DNA of 37,077 nucleotides from a virus. Taxonomy: Duplodnaviria; Caudoviricetes. Shown one piece after another: positions 27,217-36,868 of this stretch. Within the stretch, counting starts at the first letter, position 1. The number at the start of each line of letters is the position of its first letter. The position numbers and the translations under genes are program-made. The notes beneath the pieces were generated by a model, which worked only from the letters and a program-made list of their open reading frames with translations, did no database searches and was not told where the DNA came from. The DNA lies in IMG/VR virus record IMGVR_UViG_3300045131_000805, positions 1 through 37,077 of that record, one strand, 5' to 3'.

Positions 27217-27240
27217 TATATGCTCCTTATCTCTTACTTA

Positions 27241-28125
27241 CTATATACGTCCACCAGTCATTCGCGATTTCATCTTCGCTACGTCGACTAAGATACTTTC
27301 AACTGTCCGACAGTTCCGTCGCATCAAATCTCCGGTATCACTTAAAGACTTTCCGAGTTCAAAATAGTTGTACGGTCGATTGACTCGCATTTGCAAACTG
27401 CGATCTGGATCTTCAAGTTGCCAATGACCGTCCGGCATAAGTACTTGATGATCCATTGTTCGCCAACAGATGTTCGCTGTATCAACGGAGTCAGCCCACC
27501 AATAGTATTTTAGCAAATCTAACCGATCACCAAGACCAAGAAAGTGTATATAGAACTTCTTACGCAGATTTTCAAAGATGCTTGGCTGATGTTCTTGTAG
27601 ATATACTGAAAACCAGTATCGATTTAACTCTTGATCATCTGTATGTGAAAGATGTCCGAAGGCATTATAAAGTGTGTCACGACAAAAGCCAATCGCTTTA
27701 AATGGGTGCTTCTCTCTTAACAGAAATGACATCTGGTCTAAGAAGTCTGTTGTACCTTTACGCGGACATTGTGGTACATACATTATCTGCGGACAAAATG
27801 TAGATTCCATATTTAACAAATCCGTAAACGCTAATGCTTTTGCAATATTCTCTTTGCCGGGTGCACCTATCTTATCCGGTGCAATAAGTATCACATTCTT
27901 TGGATCGCTAAAGAACTTCATTTGTTCGATCAGCAATGCGTCAGAAAGACAATCATCTTCGAATACGCCATTGTCAAAGATAATCTGTCGACCTGACTGA
28001 TTTTCCTTTATGAAATATTCGCGATATTCTCTGGCGCGCATAAAGATATTCGCTAGGCAAAAACGTCCGCTAAGTTCATTTGTTAACTGTATATCTCCCG
28101 TAGGAGTAATTAAGCATAGTTTCAT
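27241..28125 (-). CDS. TGT-fold DpdA-like 7-deazaguanine DNA transglycosylase (divergent)
   Basis: IIFDNGVFE (DSGxF-like), IAPD, YVPQ, AIG, IHFLG, DSVDT in TGT order; located between the que genes and polA. Confidence 0.72.
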   Translation of the reverse strand: MKLCLITPTGDIQLTNELSGRFCLANIFMRAREYREYFIKENQSGRQIIFDNGVFEDDCLSDALLIEQMKFFSDPKNVILIAPDKIGAPGKENIAKALAFTDLLNMESTFCPQIMYVPQCPRKGTTDFLDQMSFLLREKHPFKAIGFCRDTLYNAFGHLSHTDDQELNRYWFSVYLQEHQPSIFENLRKKFYIHFLGLGDRLDLLKYYWWADSVDTANICWRTMDHQVLMPDGHWQLEDPDRSLQMRVNRPYNYFELGKSLSDTGDLMRRNCRTVESILVDVAKMKSRMTGGRI

Positions 28126-28418
28126 TCAACTATATCCACCATTGTACCGGCCGCTATTGAACCATCTGCGATTGCAGCTACTTTCGGTGCGCGCACAAAT
28201 TCAATTGACTGAATTGTTGTTGCTTCGATAAACATAAGTACCTGTTCCTCTTCAATTGTTATCTGTATCGGTTTACGAAGAAATCGTTTTTGCGTCACCA
28301 TCTTTTTAAACTTCATTCCAAATCTTGCCGGAACACTTGAACTATTCCCACCCCAATACCAATAAGTTGCTTCCGAAATTATCAAATGGCTTTCGTTATG
28401 AAAAGTTACTTTAATCAT
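28122..28418 (-). CDS. Hypothetical protein
   Basis: 98 aa, coupled on both sides. Confidence 0.6.
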   Translation of the reverse strand: MIKVTFHNESHLIISEATYWYWGGNSSSVPARFGMKFKKMVTQKRFLRKPIQITIEEEQVLMFIEATTIQSIEFVRAPKVAAIADGSIAAGTMVDIVE

Positions 28419-28989
28419 TCTGTTCCTCTGCTTTCTCTTGCAGTGTTGCTAGTTCGTCGCAAAAGTACATTACCTTCACGATCGGATTATGAAACCACGC
28501 ATTCGCTAATCCTCCGCCACGAATCTCGTATTCACCTTTATCTGGTTCGAATGCCGTTGAACCGTATATACCCATATGGTACTTAATCATCATCTCTTCA
28601 AGGTCTGTTAACGATATAAACTCTTTTAATCTGGTGACTGATAACACGCCATGACCTTTAGGCTGCAATCGATTAAACGAATACGGCGGATTGCCGGTTG
28701 GACTTATGTACGCACCTATTTTACATACATCGTGTAACAGTGCCGCGATAATCATTGTCTCTTCTGGACACATAAGATTGTACGTTGCATTCATTCGATA
28801 TACGAGATTGTATACGCCCAACGAATGATGTGCCAATCCACCCTTATAACAACCGTGCCACTTTGTTGATGCTGGTGCGGTAAAGAAACCCCGCAATTTT
28901 AGATGTTCGATTAACGGCTCGATTCCCGTACGTCCAGTCATTATCAATAACTCGATAATACGTTCTTGCTCTGCTTCTTGTTGATCCAT
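28411..28989 (-). CDS. HD-domain phosphohydrolase (YhaM/Cbf1-like subgroup)
   Basis: APAS..HG...GGLAHHS, LLHDVCK, GHG, YHMG, CDE. Confidence 0.88.
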   Translation of the reverse strand: MDQQEAEQERIIELLIMTGRTGIEPLIEHLKLRGFFTAPASTKWHGCYKGGLAHHSLGVYNLVYRMNATYNLMCPEETMIIAALLHDVCKIGAYISPTGNPPYSFNRLQPKGHGVLSVTRLKEFISLTDLEEMMIKYHMGIYGSTAFEPDKGEYEIRGGGLANAWFHNPIVKVMYFCDELATLQEKAEEQND

Positions 28990-28991
28990 TA

Positions 28992-29372
28992 CTATTCCTT
29001 TCTCTCTGTATGGTGTCCATCGTCTATACTCGCAAAGTGCTTTTTCGGATGGACGCTTTTCTCAAACTCGATTAGACATAAATTTGCGCAATCTACTAAG
29101 TGTTCTAAATTGCCCGTCTCGACATACATAGCTAATCGTTTATGTATAGACGGTATAATATCGAAACCTCCTTTCTTTTGATGTCGTAATGGTCCATATC
29201 TAAACGCACCCATTATCATTCGATTTCTCATTAACATTTCAAATTCTGTTGACCAGCATAGTTCGCGTAATTCGCTTAGCTGTGGTACAGACATAGAAGA
29301 AGCTGGTTCAGAGTTAACTAAACCAGCTTTACGATATAAACCTTCTCTTAAATGTTCTGTAATAGTCTGCAT
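28992..29372 (-). CDS. Putative all-alpha nucleotide pyrophosphohydrolase-like protein
   Basis: RMIMGAFRYG...TGNLEHLVDCANLCLIEF resembles the ExxDxxN helix of MazG/dATP-dGTP diphosphohydrolase-like proteins. Confidence 0.5.
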   Translation of the reverse strand: MQTITEHLREGLYRKAGLVNSEPASSMSVPQLSELRELCWSTEFEMLMRNRMIMGAFRYGPLRHQKKGGFDIIPSIHKRLAMYVETGNLEHLVDCANLCLIEFEKSVHPKKHFASIDDGHHTERKE

Positions 29373-29390
29373 TGCAATCCTCAAGCGCGG

Positions 29391-29442
29391 TAGGAAGCAC
29401 AGGGGGCTATATTTGATCTGTTAGCTCCCTGTGCCCGTCCTA
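29391..29442. promoter_or_regulatory. Intergenic hairpin built on the dispersed motif
   Basis: GCACAGGGGGCTA (29397-29409) pairs with TAGCTCCCTGTGC (29422-29434); outer TAGGA/TCCTA. Confidence 0.6.
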
Positions 29443-29471
29443 GCCACTTAATTAAGAAAGGATAGTGATTG

Positions 29472-30053
29472 TTAGTCATTTGAATTATTCGAGTTCTGTA
29501 GCAACATCTGGAACTCTTGCATATCGATATCGCCATACTTCGCAGTCGTCATAAATGTCATACGATCGCGTTTAACTCCTCGGCCGTGACAACAGAAGTG
29601 CTTAGCTTCTGCCATTACGAAAATTCCTTTTGGTTCGAGTACGTCTCTTAGCGTGTCGCAAACCTGTTGGACCATTCGTTCTTGTATTTGTAGTCGTCGA
29701 GCGAAACAGTCCACGAGTCTCGGTAACTTCGAAAGTCCGATTACGCGTTTGTTCGGTATATAGCCAACGTGACAATACCCGGCAAATGGTAGCATATGAT
29801 GTTCGCAGATACTTACGAAATGGATGTGCTTGCATATTTGCAATCCTTCGCCTTCAGCTTCAAAGCTAGTCTTTAACAAATCTTCCGGTACCATTGTATA
29901 ACCTTCGAGTAACTCCTGCCATGCTTTAACAAAACGGCGAGGTGTATCTTGAAGTCCTTCTCTGTTAAGGTCTTCGCCAAGTCCATGTAATAGTGTAGCT
30001 AAGTCTGTTGCCTCTTTCCATACTGGTGGAATTGCTTCTTCTTCATTCTGCAT
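29472..30053 (-). CDS. folE: GTP cyclohydrolase I
   Basis: EGLQDTPRR, CEHHMLPF, GLSKLPR, RLQIQER, HFC..RGV. Confidence 0.95.
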   Translation of the reverse strand: MQNEEEAIPPVWKEATDLATLLHGLGEDLNREGLQDTPRRFVKAWQELLEGYTMVPEDLLKTSFEAEGEGLQICKHIHFVSICEHHMLPFAGYCHVGYIPNKRVIGLSKLPRLVDCFARRLQIQERMVQQVCDTLRDVLEPKGIFVMAEAKHFCCHGRGVKRDRMTFMTTAKYGDIDMQEFQMLLQNSNNSND

Positions 30054-30059
30054 TGTAAA

Positions 30060-30848
30060 TCATCTCTCAATTGAAGTACCCACATACTCGGGCCATAATA
30101 ATTTGTGCAATTGTAAAGAAAACATTGTACGAACCGGCAATATACCGGGTGTTCTATTGTCCTCGATAAGCTTCTCTGCTAGTTGTTTTGCCCAATCGCT
30201 TAAGTTGCCTACTGAGTTGATTGGACCAGCTGGACTGAATGCGAATAGTACATTACCTTCGATTGTATCTTGCGCATAGTCTGGTGCGTGAGTAATCTCG
30301 TGCGCGACATCCAATGCCCTACGATAATCATTACCATCTGCGCAAACGAACTTTACGACGTCGTTAGTCCGCAACTGGCCTGGTTCAACAGCAAATCTAT
30401 AATCCGCTAATTTTGCACTCGGTAGTTTGTAGTCGTAGACAATCGATACACTGGCTGGCCAACGAAGGGCTGCCGGCGGGACTTGCGTTCCGTTCGTTTC
30501 GATTGTGATACGCATTGCATCAGAACGCTCTAGCAACTGGGTAACTAGCAGTTGTACCCCCTGTGCTTGAAGCAGTGGTTCGCCACCAGTGATTGTAACC
30601 TTGTCATCTTTAATTAGATGTAAGACTTGCGAAACCGTAAATAGTTCTCCACTATTGTATGGCTGAGCATAATCCGTATCACACCAACTACAACATAAGT
30701 TGCATCCGGCAAGACGTACGAATGTTGCTAAACGGCCAGCTCCTTCGAAACCATTTACTTCGCCGTCAATACTGTGAAAGATACTTACTACGCGAAGTGT
30801 TTCCTTATCGCAACATTCTTTACATTTCTGCTTTAGAGATTTCGGCAT
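30060..30848 (-). CDS. queE: 7-carboxy-7-deazaguanine synthase (radical SAM)
   Basis: IFHSIDGE, RLAGCNLCCSWCDT (CxxxCxxC), TGGEPL, IETNG, QLHK; start moved to ATG 30848 (AAGGA RBS). Confidence 0.93.
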   Translation of the reverse strand: MPKSLKQKCKECCDKETLRVVSIFHSIDGEVNGFEGAGRLATFVRLAGCNLCCSWCDTDYAQPYNSGELFTVSQVLHLIKDDKVTITGGEPLLQAQGVQLLVTQLLERSDAMRITIETNGTQVPPAALRWPASVSIVYDYKLPSAKLADYRFAVEPGQLRTNDVVKFVCADGNDYRRALDVAHEITHAPDYAQDTIEGNVLFAFSPAGPINSVGNLSDWAKQLAEKLIEDNRTPGILPVRTMFSLQLHKLLWPEYVGTSIER

Positions 30849-31215
30849 TTTCAAAGTCCTTATAATAAGTTGCACAACAATCTTCTGTTTCCCAAACCGA
30901 GCAGCTGTACGGTATGATACCTTCTTCACTGCGAAGATATTCTTCCATCCGTAAGAAGATAAGCCGGCCAATATTCTCTGCAGTCGGCATATCGAGTTCA
31001 TCGTTTATATAGTGATGGTCAAATGCGGAGAGAACTTGTTTGAGTACAAGTTTCAATGTCTTGAAATCCATACCCATCTGTAGTTCGTTAAGTGCGGGAC
31101 ACATAACACGGAATTCAATATGCCACGTATGACCGTGCAGATTTACACATGCTCCGTCATAACCCGGTAACTTGTGTGCTGCGTCAAAGGTATCTTTAAC
31201 TGTTAATATATGCAT
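30820..31215 (-). CDS. queD: 6-carboxytetrahydropterin synthase
   Basis: FDAAH, CVNLHGHTW, DHHYIN, PTAENI, VWET. Confidence 0.95.
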   Translation of the reverse strand: MHILTVKDTFDAAHKLPGYDGACVNLHGHTWHIEFRVMCPALNELQMGMDFKTLKLVLKQVLSAFDHHYINDELDMPTAENIGRLIFLRMEEYLRSEEGIIPYSCSVWETEDCCATYYKDFENAEISKAEM

Positions 31216-31238
31216 CTTGGTTATTTATCCTTTCATTC

Positions 31239-31286
31239 AAAAAGAAATGGCAGGTAAGTAAAGGAACGACTCAAAACTTACCTGCC
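31239..31286 (-). terminator. Terminator/attenuator-like hairpin between the SSB-like gene and queD
   Basis: 11-bp perfect stem GGCAGGTAAGT/ACTTACCTGCC followed by ATTTCTTTTT on the minus strand. Confidence 0.65.
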
Positions 31287-31344
31287 CTGCTATGAACGGC
31301 CTAAGAACCGTAAACTATTCAATTGGCATGTTTGCGTAAACTAC

Positions 31345-31866
31345 TTAGAATGCTGACTTCTTTGGAGCAGCACTTGAAGCGGCATTACCGGCAGTACTGA
31401 TACCGATATCGACACTCAACGCGCCCTTGTTGATATACATATTTGGACCGTACTGCGGATCAACGTTCGGTACGAATGATACTTTGAACGCTGGAATCTG
31501 CTGAAGCAGATTTGCAACCTTGATTAAATCAGCTGGCGACTTTGGAGTTGCAATTTCGAGTGATGCAAGATCACCGTACAACCACTGCAAATTGGTCTCA
31601 GTTTCAAGACCCCAGTTCTTAAAGAACGTGGTACCAACATAATTCTCTGGAAGATCGCACGACAGTATTTCGACAACCATCGTCAACTGTTTACGACCCT
31701 TCTGCGAACGATTCAAGTATGCATTCGTTGCTTTCACAATAGCAGTACATTTTGGAATCGAATTGGCATCTGGCTTTGCTGCAACATCACCAAGACCGCC
31801 TTCACCATACTGTGCTGCTAAATCCGCTAATACGTCATTCTGCATTTGTTCTTGTTCTGTACTCAT
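31345..31866 (-). CDS. Putative single-stranded DNA-binding protein (DUF669-like OB fold)
   Basis: Follows the AAA ATPase; SQKG..QL motif; flexible tail ending in Phe. Confidence 0.6.
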   Translation of the reverse strand: MSTEQEQMQNDVLADLAAQYGEGGLGDVAAKPDANSIPKCTAIVKATNAYLNRSQKGRKQLTMVVEILSCDLPENYVGTTFFKNWGLETETNLQWLYGDLASLEIATPKSPADLIKVANLLQQIPAFKVSFVPNVDPQYGPNMYINKGALSVDIGISTAGNAASSAAPKKSAF

Positions 31867-31980
31867 ACGATTTTTCCTTTAGGTAATTGTAACTGTCTGT
31901 AATTGTTATTAGTTTTGCTACTTGGATAATACTGTATGAGTTTGTATAAATGCTCGATTGAATAGTTACTTGTCGTTCTA

Positions 31981-32787
31981 CTATCTGTTCTTAGACGCGA
32001 GTATAGCTGCTTGAGCAGCTGCTGTAAACGCTTTACAGTAGTCTGCATACATCGTTTCGTAATTCAATAAAAGACGATCTGGAAAGCCTGGTATTCGATG
32101 TTTAGTTGGTGTTAGGAACTGCGGTTGCCAAATACTGAATCGACCCTCTTCTGAACTTTCGACTTGACCTTGAGCGTTCTTTTGCACTTTCATATCGATT
32201 GTAAAATAACCTACTGCATCCGCAAGCCCTGTTATTGCATCTGCTGCAGATGGCGGTAAGTCTGGACCAACAGCTTTTAGTTCTTGTCCGCGCCATTTCA
32301 CGGTACGTTCCTTCATATGGCATATCAACACTACTCCGAAGCCGTATAACATCAATTTGTTGATCTTTTCAATTATCAACTCATTCACTGCTTTATAACC
32401 TTTTCCGAATGGAACATCTTCGAGTTTATCGAACTTTTGTGGAACACCCTTTTCTGGAAATGTTCTGTTCTTGCAGATCCATCTAGCAGCGGCTGCAAAT
32501 AGTTGTTCGTATGTGTCGACAATAACGGTTGTTACTTCGCGTTGATCTTTCCATCCTGTACCCTGCGCGATAACAAGGTCTGCACACATCTCGATAAAGT
32601 CTTCCCACTCAATAATTGGACTACCGAAGACCGATACACCCTTCGTACCGATTTCGGCTTTTGCAAAATAATGACCCGGTATCTGCGACGCCCAAGTTGT
32701 TTTACCAACTCCTGGATCGCCTAATAGTAAATGCAGATACGATTTTGGATCATCAATAATTTCAGATGCTTGTTGAACTAACGCCAT
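31981..32787 (-). CDS. AAA ATPase (AAA_24 / Sak4-like recombination protein)
   Basis: GDPGVGKTT, VIVDT, LICH, ADAVGY. Confidence 0.85.
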   Translation of the reverse strand: MALVQQASEIIDDPKSYLHLLLGDPGVGKTTWASQIPGHYFAKAEIGTKGVSVFGSPIIEWEDFIEMCADLVIAQGTGWKDQREVTTVIVDTYEQLFAAAARWICKNRTFPEKGVPQKFDKLEDVPFGKGYKAVNELIIEKINKLMLYGFGVVLICHMKERTVKWRGQELKAVGPDLPPSAADAITGLADAVGYFTIDMKVQKNAQGQVESSEEGRFSIWQPQFLTPTKHRIPGFPDRLLLNYETMYADYCKAFTAAAQAAILASKNR

Positions 32788-32814
32788 TACTTACTCGTTC
32801 CTTTCTTACTTAAC

Positions 32815-33786
32815 TCAATTCTCGATTTCACTTAACTCAAATAGTTCTGGATGCATCTCTTCTGGTGTACGTGCAACGAATCGTTTCATCGCACTGCCTT
32901 GAAGACCGTCATTCGAAACACATATCGGAAAATATGTGCAACCACCCATACGATGTTTCGGATGATATTTCGAATAGATGCCCTCGCTAATACAATACTC
33001 CATATACTGCACGGTTTGTATTAAGTCAGCTTCATACTCATCAATCTTCTGGTCGCTGAACTTAAAGACATATCGTACGAAGTATTTTTGGTGTTCGACG
33101 ATATACGTACCACCAAGACGCTCATAGAACTGTTCTAATGTTTCAGATTGTTTTTGTCTTATCTGTGGTTTCAAAAAGATATCGTAGATAACACCTTTGA
33201 CATTAAAACCGTAAACCTTCTTCGCTGCAAGACAATAACCTTTTGGTTGTGCATCAAGTTCAATTGCGGCTAGGTAATGTTCATCAACTAATCGTGCTGT
33301 CTTCCGTTCCCATACCCATTCATCACCAGTTTCAACTTCCCGGATAATTTTATCTATCTTGCCTTCGAATGAAGTTCCGTTCGGTAAGATATAAGAGAAC
33401 TTTTTCTCAACACCGATTTGTTCATACTTCTTATTCTGCTCATGCCATTTAAGTTGCCAACCTGCAAATACTGATGGCAGTATTTTGCACATCAATTCAA
33501 CCTTCTCGATTTGATTCGCTGGCCAATTCTTCGCAATCGCTTTGGCTTCACAACCATCTGCAATCATTGCTTGAATCAGTAGTTCGTCAAGTCCATTATC
33601 GATTCCTTCTGCATACTGGTGAACTAAATCACCCCAGATGAAATAATCTGGTTCTGTCTTTGGTGATAAGCGTAATATGTATTCAAGAAAGAATTTGTAT
33701 GGACAATCAAGAAACGTTGTTCGACTACTATTTGTAATACTCTTTAAGATAGGTACTGGTACCGTTTCCATTTCCATTTCCATCAT
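32815..33786 (-). CDS. PD-(D/E)XK nuclease (RecB/Cas4-like exonuclease)
   Basis: S.TTFLDCPYK, GDLVH, VEKKF, GKIDKI, ERKT, QxxxY, C-terminal CTYFPIC. Confidence 0.85.
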   Translation of the reverse strand: MMEMEMETVPVPILKSITNSSRTTFLDCPYKFFLEYILRLSPKTEPDYFIWGDLVHQYAEGIDNGLDELLIQAMIADGCEAKAIAKNWPANQIEKVELMCKILPSVFAGWQLKWHEQNKKYEQIGVEKKFSYILPNGTSFEGKIDKIIREVETGDEWVWERKTARLVDEHYLAAIELDAQPKGYCLAAKKVYGFNVKGVIYDIFLKPQIRQKQSETLEQFYERLGGTYIVEHQKYFVRYVFKFSDQKIDEYEADLIQTVQYMEYCISEGIYSKYHPKHRMGGCTYFPICVSNDGLQGSAMKRFVARTPEEMHPELFELSEIEN

Positions 33787-34247
33787 AAAACCTCGCCGTG
33801 CTTTGTTAAGCACTTCTGTCTGTAGTATAACATCTTCTCTTCTTTAATCGCTATTTTGTATTCAAGCTCTTTAAGTTGATCGACGTCATTTTTATGTTCT
33901 TGCCACCAATTGAAAAAGGTATCCAAGAGACCATGATCGATTAAAAATTGTGCCTGTCTCTCTGGAAGCTGTTGATGTTCTTCACGCGACATAATCTTTA
34001 AGTTCTCGTGAGTATTATCGAGCTTAAAGAAATTGCGGTGATGAACAATTTCCCCTTTTTGAATTGGCCGTCCGAGCATTTTTTCCGCTTCGAGAATGTG
34101 GACGCCCACAAATCCGAGTAGCGTTGCCTTTGGATGCTCTGGCATATATACCATGCGGTAGCATGTTTCCATCAGTCGTTCCTTTCTTTCAGTACTTGTT
34201 AGTGCTGTTAAAAATATTATTATACGGTCCAATTCAAAAAGGTTCAA
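33783..34247 (-). CDS. HNH endonuclease
   Basis: H..AEKMLGRP....IVHHRN..KLDN..ENL.....EH. Confidence 0.8.
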   Translation of the reverse strand: MNLFELDRIIIFLTALTSTERKERLMETCYRMVYMPEHPKATLLGFVGVHILEAEKMLGRPIQKGEIVHHRNFFKLDNTHENLKIMSREEHQQLPERQAQFLIDHGLLDTFFNWWQEHKNDVDQLKELEYKIAIKEEKMLYYRQKCLTKHGEVL

Positions 34248-34271
34248 TCGAAAATTTAATTATTTTTCTAA

Positions 34272-34952
34272 TCAGTCTATAATCGTTGTTGTCTCAAACG
34301 AATCCGCGTATGTTTGTACAAAGTCTTTATAGTTCTCGCAGACTTGTATACAACACCAAAGACGCAGCGACTTCTGGTATAGAGCACCGTTTGGGATATA
34401 CGGAAACAATATCTTGCGAAGTACCAAAAGATCTTTTTGGAAAAGTGTAATCGTCGCAAGAAGTATCTCCTCCGCATCTGTTAGATACTGAAGCGCCTTT
34501 TGCGACGAGCGATTTTCGATAAGCCATTGGACTACATCGATGCCCGGAAAATCCTCAAACTCCACAAGCAAATCAGACAGTGTTGTTCGATCGACAAGTC
34601 GAGCAATTTTCTCGATTGACGTATCGGTCGTGAGTACCGTAATAAGCATCCACCTTTTTACGACGCGATATTTGTTCTCGTCGTTATCAACTAACTGCTC
34701 TGCGGCAAACCACTCAGGCGTACAATACTCTGGTAACGGAGTAACTATTCGCGCCGGTTCCAGATTGTGCTCTTGAATAAGCTTCCGCATTAATTGGCTA
34801 ATTGATTTCTTCGCTTTCTCCTGAGCAATTTGAGCAGACGTACCTTTGGGATTACCAAACAGATCCGCAAGTTTCTTTAAAGTCTCTAAAAAATCTTTTG
34901 ATTCAGATGCCTCACTTTGTTCATTTTTTGCAACCATTTTCGTTCCTTTCAA
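34272..34952 (-). CDS. Hypothetical protein
   Basis: 226 aa; GAAAGGA RBS before MVAK. Confidence 0.65.
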   Translation of the reverse strand: MKGTKMVAKNEQSEASESKDFLETLKKLADLFGNPKGTSAQIAQEKAKKSISQLMRKLIQEHNLEPARIVTPLPEYCTPEWFAAEQLVDNDENKYRVVKRWMLITVLTTDTSIEKIARLVDRTTLSDLLVEFEDFPGIDVVQWLIENRSSQKALQYLTDAEEILLATITLFQKDLLVLRKILFPYIPNGALYQKSLRLWCCIQVCENYKDFVQTYADSFETTTIID

Positions 34953-34975
34953 ATTAAGTGTTTATGGTCTATGGT

Positions 34976-35227
34976 TTATTGGTTATTATGTTTTAATGTC
35001 TCGACATAGCTATTTGCTAATTCTTCGGCGTACTGGTTCATCCAGTTCGGAATTATAATCGCATTCGGGCCTACGTCAAATAGGTTTAACTTGCGTCGAA
35101 TTATATCTTTCGCAATCTCTTCGACCAGTACCGTATTGAATATCTCAACCTGTTGTTCGGTTATTTCAATCTGCCCGATACGTGTTTCCTTTGCAACTGC
35201 TTTACCTGTTTTTACGTTGTCCATCAT
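34976..35227 (-). CDS. Hypothetical protein
   Basis: GAAAGGA RBS, 83 aa. Confidence 0.6.
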   Translation of the reverse strand: MMDNVKTGKAVAKETRIGQIEITEQQVEIFNTVLVEEIAKDIIRRKLNLFDVGPNAIIIPNWMNQYAEELANSYVETLKHNNQ

Positions 35228-35246
35228 TTCATTCCTTTCAATTAAC

Positions 35247-36698
35247 TTAAGCTTCTCGAATGTAATTAAGTATCTCGGTTGCCATATCGCGTTTATCGCA
35301 TACAGCTTGATAGACTACACCGTCTATCGTTTTATCCATCATCACAATATGGTAAGTTACTTTATCGTGTATCTCGCTACCTAGTCGATGACAACGATCT
35401 AATAGATTCGTAAACCATTCAACTTTATAGTCAATACAAAATAGTACCGCTTGGTTTGCTCTTTGCAAATTCAAACCTCTATACCCAGCTGCTTCGCTAA
35501 GTATCATAACGTCTCTCTGTCCGTTTATAAATGCCTCCTTTTCTAATTCCTTATCATTCTTACCCCAATAGTTCGCATGTGGTATTTTTAATTTGTCGAG
35601 CGTGATACTAAGCATCGAACAAATCACCGTATAGTTAGACCAAACTAATAGTGGTCCGTTTAACAGCAGTGATGAAATGGTTTCTTCAAACCAATCTAAC
35701 TTCGTCGTATCCAGCAATTCCGTAATTGTATTCTGCGGATCTTTCGGATCCGGCATGTATACGAAGCCTTGACACATTTCGTGAAGTTTACGCGACTTCA
35801 CCATTGCCCATTGAGTCTCGAAAGCTGTGCCCGACGGCAATGTTAACTTGAACTCCTTTCTCAATTCTTCATATTGCTTTCGCAATGGCTCAGGCATTTC
35901 TAAATTCACCGTTAAGAATTCTTGTGGTGGTAATTCACTAAGAATCTCTTCCTTCCGCACGCGAATGCATTTCGCATTTAGTTGTTGCGTAATAATATCT
36001 CGCGCACCTGGTTTAAGTGTCCACTCATAAGGTTTCCACGGAGGACCAGGCGAAAAGAACGTTTGTCTGAATCTCCAAAACGCTGCGCCAAATGCTGTAC
36101 CTTGATCTAAAAATAGCATCTGCGCAAATACTTCTTCTGGATGTTCTGTAATCATTGCACCAGTCAAGATAGCTCTATGCGGTACATCCGTCATTGCTTT
36201 TCGAATCGCCATAAATCGAGCTGTCGTATCATTCTTCAACGCAGTTGATTCATCAACGAGAACAGTTTGATACTGTATTCGGCAAATACAATCGTAAACT
36301 GGATACGGTATGAAAGAACGCTTAACTTTCATGCCTGGTTTCTTCTTTGTCTTTGAAATGGCGCCAGACAATGCATCGTAATTGATTAGATAGATATCCG
36401 CTTTAGTTTGTAGTGCATTCAGTCGCTGCTTCGCACTACCTTCAACTCGCGAATAACTAAAATGCGTATGCTGTCCAATCTGCTCTGCCCATTGTGGAAT
36501 AAGATTTGATGGACAGAACACAATAGCCGGAAACATGTCTTCGCCAGCTTCAAGACGATCCGCAATCCACTGTAGAGAAAGATAGGTTTTCCCGCCTCCA
36601 TAGAAGACGAGAAAACCTACTTTGTTTTTGTTCTTTACGAAGTCCCGTACTCGTTCTTGATAAGGGTGCTTCGGCTTACTTTTCATATGTTGCGACAT
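35247..36698 (-). CDS. SNF2-family (SF2) helicase
   Basis: HPYQ, YGGGKT, INYD, VDES, LTG, GLNLQ, DRCHRLG. Confidence 0.9.
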   Translation of the reverse strand: MSQHMKSKPKHPYQERVRDFVKNKNKVGFLVFYGGGKTYLSLQWIADRLEAGEDMFPAIVFCPSNLIPQWAEQIGQHTHFSYSRVEGSAKQRLNALQTKADIYLINYDALSGAISKTKKKPGMKVKRSFIPYPVYDCICRIQYQTVLVDESTALKNDTTARFMAIRKAMTDVPHRAILTGAMITEHPEEVFAQMLFLDQGTAFGAAFWRFRQTFFSPGPPWKPYEWTLKPGARDIITQQLNAKCIRVRKEEILSELPPQEFLTVNLEMPEPLRKQYEELRKEFKLTLPSGTAFETQWAMVKSRKLHEMCQGFVYMPDPKDPQNTITELLDTTKLDWFEETISSLLLNGPLLVWSNYTVICSMLSITLDKLKIPHANYWGKNDKELEKEAFINGQRDVMILSEAAGYRGLNLQRANQAVLFCIDYKVEWFTNLLDRCHRLGSEIHDKVTYHIVMMDKTIDGVVYQAVCDKRDMATEILNYIREA

Positions 36699-36868
36699 TA
36701 TGAAACCTTCCTAATAAGACCACCATCTTTAGTTAGTTCGAACAACTCAGTGTGATCTATTGCCCAATTCCAAATAAAGTCCATTGCATGCATACGCGCT
36801 GGACGACCAGTTTGTTCTTTATAGATGTCCGCTAGTTCGTCCCACGTTAATTCTTTTTCTTTTGCCAT
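36698..36868 (-). CDS. Hypothetical protein
   Basis: GAAAGGAG RBS then ATG 36868; coupled to the helicase. Confidence 0.6.
   Translation of the reverse strand: MAKEKELTWDELADIYKEQTGRPARMHAMDFIWNWAIDHTELFELTKDGGLIRKVS

Noticed and set aside
28411-28989. HD protein as DatZ, implying a 2-aminoadenine genome
   Set aside because: No PurZ in the window, and the motifs fit the YhaM/Cbf1-like HD subgroup.
30849-31001. N-terminal extension of the 313-aa QueE ORF
   Set aside because: It overlaps queD extensively; ATG 30848 has an RBS and gives a normal QueE start.
31287-31315. Possible preQ1-I riboswitch upstream of queD (ACGG-TTCTTAGG-CCGT hairpin on the minus strand)
   Set aside because: It lacks the A-rich 3' tail and pseudoknot pairing of preQ1-I; an Rfam scan would settle it.
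31863-32048. 61-aa ORF between the AAA ATPase and the SSB-like gene
   Set aside because: Overlaps the ATPase by 68 bp with no RBS or motif; likely spurious.
32815-33786. Cas4-like nuclease as evidence of CRISPR-Cas
   Set aside because: No array or other cas genes; it sits in the standard phage nuclease-ATPase-SSB recombination trio.
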